From an uncultured Planctomycetia bacterium (lineage in GTDB: Bacteria > Omnitrophota > Gorgyraeia > JABMRG01), in NCBI GenBank assembly GCA_964493115.1, contig CAZBNF010000002.1:4461-44826 (forward strand): a stretch of 40,366 bases of DNA. Direction: 5' to 3'. The notes below the pieces were generated by a model. It was not told the origin of the DNA, ran no database searches, and saw only the letters and a list, made by a program, of their open reading frames with translations. Shown piece by piece: positions 36,237 to 40,366 of this stretch (positions within the stretch are counted from its first letter, which is position 1; the number at the start of each line of letters is the position of its first letter). A program made the position numbers and the translations under genes.

Positions 36237-37814
36237 TCAATGGCGGAAATGGCGTATTCCGGTAAAGACCATGGATATATTATGCTTGTTACAGGCCTCT
36301 ATTATCATATCATCTGCCTTTGACCCGCCCGGCTGTATAATAGATGTGATGCCCGCTTTCACAGCAAGCTCTACGGCATCTTCTTTTGGGAAGAAGGCAT
36401 CTGATGCTAAAACAGCGCCCTTAGAGCGTTCTCCTGCCTTGTGCGTTGCCATAAACACAGAGTCAATTCTGCTCATCTGCCCTGCGCCGATTCCGACTGT
36501 CTTTGCCCCCTGAGCAAGGACTATAGCGTTTGATCTTACATGTTTTACGGCCTTCCATGCGAAGATCAATGCGTCAACCTCATCAGGAGAGGGTTTTTTC
36601 TGTGTTACAATCTTAAGCTGAGCTCGATCAATGCCCTGCGTGTCCCTCTGCTGGATGAGAAGGCCCCCTGTAACATTTCTAAGGTGAAGTTCGTCCTTGT
36701 CTTTAACCCTGCTTATAACTTCTGCTGAAAGTATTCTCATGTTTGGTTTTGACACGAGCCTGCTTAACGCGTTCTGCTCATAACCGGGCGCTATTATACA
36801 TTCTATGAAACCTGCACTCAATATAGCCTCTGATGTATTCACATCGACTTTCCTGTTTAAGCCTATTATGCCGCCAAAAGCCGAAAGCGTATCAGTGCTG
36901 AGCGCGTCTGCGAATGCCTTTGTAAGAGTACTTGCTGTTGCTATCCCGCAGGCAGTTGCATGTTTTATTATACACGCCGCGGGCTCGTCAAATTCCTTTA
37001 CAGCCTCAAAGGCAGCATCTAAGTCCATAATATTGTTATACGAAAGCGCCTTTCCATGCAGCTGCTTAGCATTGGACACTGACGATTCTCTTGAAAGCGG
37101 TCTCTTATAAAAAGCTGCTTTCTGATGCTCATTCTCGCCATATCGCAAATCCTCTGCCTTGTCAAAAGCCAGTACAAGTTCACTCGGGAATATGGATTCC
37201 ACAGCTTGAGGCGAGTGAGAAATAAGTTTTTTCTTAAGATACCCTTTTATGTGGCTGTCGTATTCTGATGTAAGTGAGAACGCGTCAATCGCAAGCCGGG
37301 CAAGTGTTGGGTCCAAGATACAGCCATTATTTTCATCAAGCTCTCTTATTATGGCTTCATACTGCGAAGGGCTTGTAAGGACAGCTACCGAATGATAATT
37401 TTTAGCCCCGGAACGAAGCATTGAAGGCCCGCCTATATCGATATTTTCTATTGCCTCTTCGATCTCTACGTCTGGTTTTGATATCGTCTTTTTAAACGGG
37501 TAAAGATTTACGACTACCATATCTATCACGTCTATCCCATTGGCTTTAAGCTGAGCCATATGTTCATCCTTTTCCCTTAAGGCAAGGAGTCCGGCGTGTA
37601 TCTTTGGATGAAGTGTCTTTACCCTGCCATCAAGCATCTCAGCAAAACCTGTTACCTCATCCACTGCCTTAACATTTATGCCTAAAGCGGATATAAAACG
37701 CGCGCTTCCCCCTGTTGATATTATCTCAACCCCCAGGGAGCTTAGTGCTTTTACAAGAGGCTCAAGATTGGTCTTATCAGAAACGCTTATCAGTGCTCTT
37801 TTTATAGTAAGCAT
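36237..37814 (-). CDS. purH: Bifunctional AICAR transformylase / IMP cyclohydrolase
   Basis: RALISVSDK, GRVKTLHP, IDIGGP, LRYGEN, SYNN, KSN-like VRSNAI, ASDAFFP, RHFRH. Confidence 0.98.
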   Translation of the reverse strand: MLTIKRALISVSDKTNLEPLVKALSSLGVEIISTGGSARFISALGINVKAVDEVTGFAEMLDGRVKTLHPKIHAGLLALREKDEHMAQLKANGIDVIDMVVVNLYPFKKTISKPDVEIEEAIENIDIGGPSMLRSGAKNYHSVAVLTSPSQYEAIIRELDENNGCILDPTLARLAIDAFSLTSEYDSHIKGYLKKKLISHSPQAVESIFPSELVLAFDKAEDLRYGENEHQKAAFYKRPLSRESSVSNAKQLHGKALSYNNIMDLDAAFEAVKEFDEPAACIIKHATACGIATASTLTKAFADALSTDTLSAFGGIIGLNRKVDVNTSEAILSAGFIECIIAPGYEQNALSRLVSKPNMRILSAEVISRVKDKDELHLRNVTGGLLIQQRDTQGIDRAQLKIVTQKKPSPDEVDALIFAWKAVKHVRSNAIVLAQGAKTVGIGAGQMSRIDSVFMATHKAGERSKGAVLASDAFFPKEDAVELAVKAGITSIIQPGGSKADDMIIEACNKHNISMVFTGIRHFRH

Positions 37815-37885
37815 ATGGTACTCCTTATATAATATGGGTTAGGGATTGTGATTATACCACACAGATCAGGTATATATCAATAATA

Positions 37886-38455
37886 TTATTGTAGGAGTTT
37901 TAGTTTGAAACGGAGGAGGCGTATCTTTGCGCGCAGTTCTGTTATATCCTGCGTCAATGTGTCGACCTGCTGATGCTGGGCATCTATCTTATCACGCAGA
38001 CGCAAAGAATCCTCTGTGTCTGTTGCCTGCACGGGAATTTGCTTAGTTAGTTTGTTAAGATCGACTATCATCTTACGCACAGCCGAAAGGGATGATTGTT
38101 TGAGCCTGAGTTCAGTTGAAAACTCCATAATACGCTGTTTGATTTCAAGCCTGTAGGGGTCAAGCTGGCTGTTAAGTAAGGCGGTACGTTGTGCTGCATT
38201 CTCCTTTGCTGCCTGCAGCTCTTTTCTTAGGGCAAGCATCCTTGCTTCTATTTCACCAGCCTTTAAACTCTGTTCTGAATTTAATGATGTTATTTTTCCA
38301 TCCAGTTCTGTTTTTTTCCGCAAGATTTCTGCAAATAAGGGGTCATTATCCAGCACCTCCTGCCTTATTTCACTGGCTGATTTGAATTCAAGCGGATACT
38401 GGCATCCGGAGATTGATATTACGATTAAAAAAGATATGAACACCTTATAAGCCAT
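37886..38455 (-). CDS. Hypothetical coiled-coil lipoprotein
   Basis: Lipobox-like ISISG-C at residue 17; heptad-rich body. Confidence 0.7.
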   Translation of the reverse strand: MAYKVFISFLIVISISGCQYPLEFKSASEIRQEVLDNDPLFAEILRKKTELDGKITSLNSEQSLKAGEIEARMLALRKELQAAKENAAQRTALLNSQLDPYRLEIKQRIMEFSTELRLKQSSLSAVRKMIVDLNKLTKQIPVQATDTEDSLRLRDKIDAQHQQVDTLTQDITELRAKIRLLRFKLKLLQ

Positions 38456-38476
38456 ATGAGTCTCTTCTATGTGAAA

Positions 38477-38519
38477 ATAGGGGCAACTTCTAATTAATTT
38501 AATTAGCAGCTGCCCCTAT
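38477..38519. terminator. Intergenic hairpin, probable terminator
   Basis: ATAGGGGCA...CTAATTA/TAATTAG...TGCCCCTAT just after the 38532 stop. Confidence 0.55.
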
Positions 38520-38531
38520 CGTTTACTATTT

Positions 38532-39206
38532 TTATTTCTTCTTCATCTTGCTGATAATATCTTCCATAGTCCTGGCCGCTATATCCTTGCACCCTAAACC
38601 AAAAGAAAGGCCTAATGCCAAACCTATTGCCGCAAGAATAATATTTATAACATTTAATATTACCCCTGTCTGTATCTGAAGCTGCTGCATTGCTATAACA
38701 ATAGCAAAAACAATAACCACTGTCTGTGTTATCTGGCCAAGTATCCGGGCCTGAGTTATGCCGGCATTGCTTGCCGCTGTCCTTATAACAGTGCTTAAAA
38801 GCGTCGAAATAAACATACCGAGAACCAGTATGAATATCGCCACAATTATATTAGGTATATAATTTACTACAGTATTAAGGACCTGCGCGGCAACTGTCCA
38901 CTGCATGGCATTTAAGGCTGTAATCATAACTATAAGAATTACTATCCAATACACAAGTACGCCCATAAGCTCTGATAGGGTATACTTTATGCCGCCCTTT
39001 GCGAGGAAACTGCTTGTGCCTGACTTTTCAGCAAGCGTATCAAGCCTTACAAGCTTAAGGCTCCTTACAATAATGGTCTCTATAAACTTTGCTATCAGCC
39101 AGCCGACTATGAGTATAACCAAAAGGCCAACCATTCTCGGGATAAATGCACCCACCCTGGTGAGCATCTCCCTTACGGACTCCATTATAACAAATGTCCA
39201 ATCCAT
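38532..39206 (-). CDS. TM-helix repeat membrane protein (CmpX / MscS N-terminal-like)
   Basis: Repeated F/YIPxxxxxxxILxxG segments, ALGLSFGLG. Confidence 0.8.
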   Translation of the reverse strand: MDWTFVIMESVREMLTRVGAFIPRMVGLLVILIVGWLIAKFIETIIVRSLKLVRLDTLAEKSGTSSFLAKGGIKYTLSELMGVLVYWIVILIVMITALNAMQWTVAAQVLNTVVNYIPNIIVAIFILVLGMFISTLLSTVIRTAASNAGITQARILGQITQTVVIVFAIVIAMQQLQIQTGVILNVINIILAAIGLALGLSFGLGCKDIAARTMEDIISKMKKK

Positions 39207-39284
39207 ATTCGCCCCCTCCTATTTTAACGGTTTCACATACCATTTAATTTTAACACAAGCAATATGGGCTGTCAAAATAAAAAT

Positions 39285-39319
39285 GGGGTTATGACCGATT
39301 TTGAACCTGCCATAACCCC
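39285..39319 (-). terminator. Probable intrinsic terminator
   Basis: GGGGTTATG...CATAACCCC stem with an A-tract on the plus-strand left flank. Confidence 0.55.
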
Positions 39320-39337
39320 TTTAAATAAACTAAAAAA

Positions 39338-39562
39338 TTAATCTTTTTTGCCCTCTTCCTTCTTTTCTTCTTTCTTTGACGCAATTGAATCCTTTATTTC
39401 AGAAATACCTGCTATTACGGCTATAAGCCCGCCCAAAATTAAAATAAAAACTATCATGAATTGAATACCAAGAACAACTGCCTTGCCCCATGCAAAAAAA
39501 GCCAATATAAGGCCTACCACTACCGCAGCTGTACCGCCTATTATGCTTATTATTTTACCCAT
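39338..39562 (-). CDS. Small two-TM membrane protein with charged tail
   Basis: 74 aa, two hydrophobic segments, KKEEKKEE tail, GGGAGG RBS. Confidence 0.7.
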   Translation of the reverse strand: MGKIISIIGGTAAVVVGLILAFFAWGKAVVLGIQFMIVFILILGGLIAVIAGISEIKDSIASKKEEKKEEGKKD

Positions 39563-39722
39563 ACCCTATAAACCTCCCTTTTTTGTCCGTGTATTACAAA
39601 TTATATCATCTGATTGAAAAATTGCAAGTAAAATATCAACAAGCAAAGAAAAATATTGACATACTCGAGATTTTAGTGATAATATCATATGATTTTATCG
39701 AAAACAAAAACAAGAGGAGAAT

Positions 39723-40304
39723 ATGCATAATATATCAATCTCTTTATTAAAAGAAAAAGAGATAATCGGAAATAAAACCGCTATGTCAGTAATAGGGGTG
39801 TCCACTTTCGCGCTGCTTACATGGATAGGCGCATATGTCTATATACCTCTTGGTTTTACTCCTGTGCCTATAACGCTTCAAACACTTTTCGTATTTCTAT
39901 CAGGCGCTATATTAGGTAAAAGGCTTGGGGCCATATCGCAGGCAGCATATCTGGGCATGGGAGTTTTGGGCATGCCAATTTTCACAGCGGGGGGTTTTGG
40001 GGCATTATACGTCTTAGGGCCTACAGGCGGATATATATTAGGTTTTATCGTGTCAAGCTGGCTTATAGGCTATATGATAAGAAAAAATGATACCATCGGT
40101 TCTATAATAACAGCGTTTGTGTCTGGGGCAACGGTAATATTCGCGCTTGGGGCAGGCTGGCTGGTTTTCGGATTAGGGCTTAATATAAAACAGGCGTTCT
40201 TTTTAGGCGTGCTTCCGTTTATACCCGGGTGTATTATAAAAATAGCGATAGCGGCAATTATAACTAAAAACTATTTAAAGCGCGCCCGGCAGATATTTTC
40301 TTGA
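39723..40304 (+). CDS. bioY: Biotin transporter substrate-binding component
   Basis: TPVPITLQT, LGPTGGYILGF, GVLPFIPG; GAGGAG RBS. Confidence 0.95.
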   Translation: MHNISISLLKEKEIIGNKTAMSVIGVSTFALLTWIGAYVYIPLGFTPVPITLQTLFVFLSGAILGKRLGAISQAAYLGMGVLGMPIFTAGGFGALYVLGPTGGYILGFIVSSWLIGYMIRKNDTIGSIITAFVSGATVIFALGAGWLVFGLGLNIKQAFFLGVLPFIPGCIIKIAIAAIITKNYLKRARQIFS

Positions 40305-40366
40305 GGTAGAGAAAACGTCTCTATTTTATCCAACCTTAATAGCTTCTAACGGGCAGCTTGATGCCA

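Noticed and set aside
37815-37885. ZTP or purine riboswitch upstream of purH
   Set aside because: Only ~70 bp, AT-rich, with no aptamer consensus or terminator.
39600-39722. BirA/BioR operator upstream of bioY
   Set aside because: A plausible TTGACA-N16-GATAAT promoter is present but no clear palindromic operator.

Overview
Bacterial genomic window, low-to-moderate GC, diderm (TonB receptor, Mla ABC system, lipoproteins). Gene content is reminiscent of Candidatus Omnitrophota, but this is an impression, not a computed assignment. Three parts. (1) 1-5.5 kb: leuS; tRNA-Ala(GGC) overlapped in antisense by an HTH + LAGLIDADG-like ORF; tRNA-Leu(CAA) acting as an integration hotspot, with three identical 125-bp tandem units that each regenerate the tRNA 3' end, a HEPN-MNT islet and a further att-like copy. 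(2) ~5.5-21.6 kb: a probably acquired, partly decaying, co-oriented minus-strand cluster whose genes converge on CO2/bicarbonate use: two DUF2294/MpsC proteins, GTP-PEPCK, PurC, Sua5/TsaC, AccC, a P-type ATPase fused to PTS-EIIA, gamma-carbonic anhydrase, PurE, ThrB, aspartate aminotransferase and a Re-citrate/homocitrate-synthase-like enzyme. It is headed by a promoter and an attenuator-like leader. This is the best candidate for an undescribed system: an inorganic-carbon regulon possibly controlled by MpsC-type proteins, with no MpsAB/DabAB in the window. (3) 21.6-40.4 kb: core genes (TonB receptor, CHASE2-PP2C/FecR/mlaDFE/STAS/RsbW operon, accA, L,D-transpeptidase, folE, mnmE, folC, purH, bioY) punctuated by three copies of a ~100-bp covarying hairpin repeat. 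All calls come from reading motifs by eye; no searches were run.
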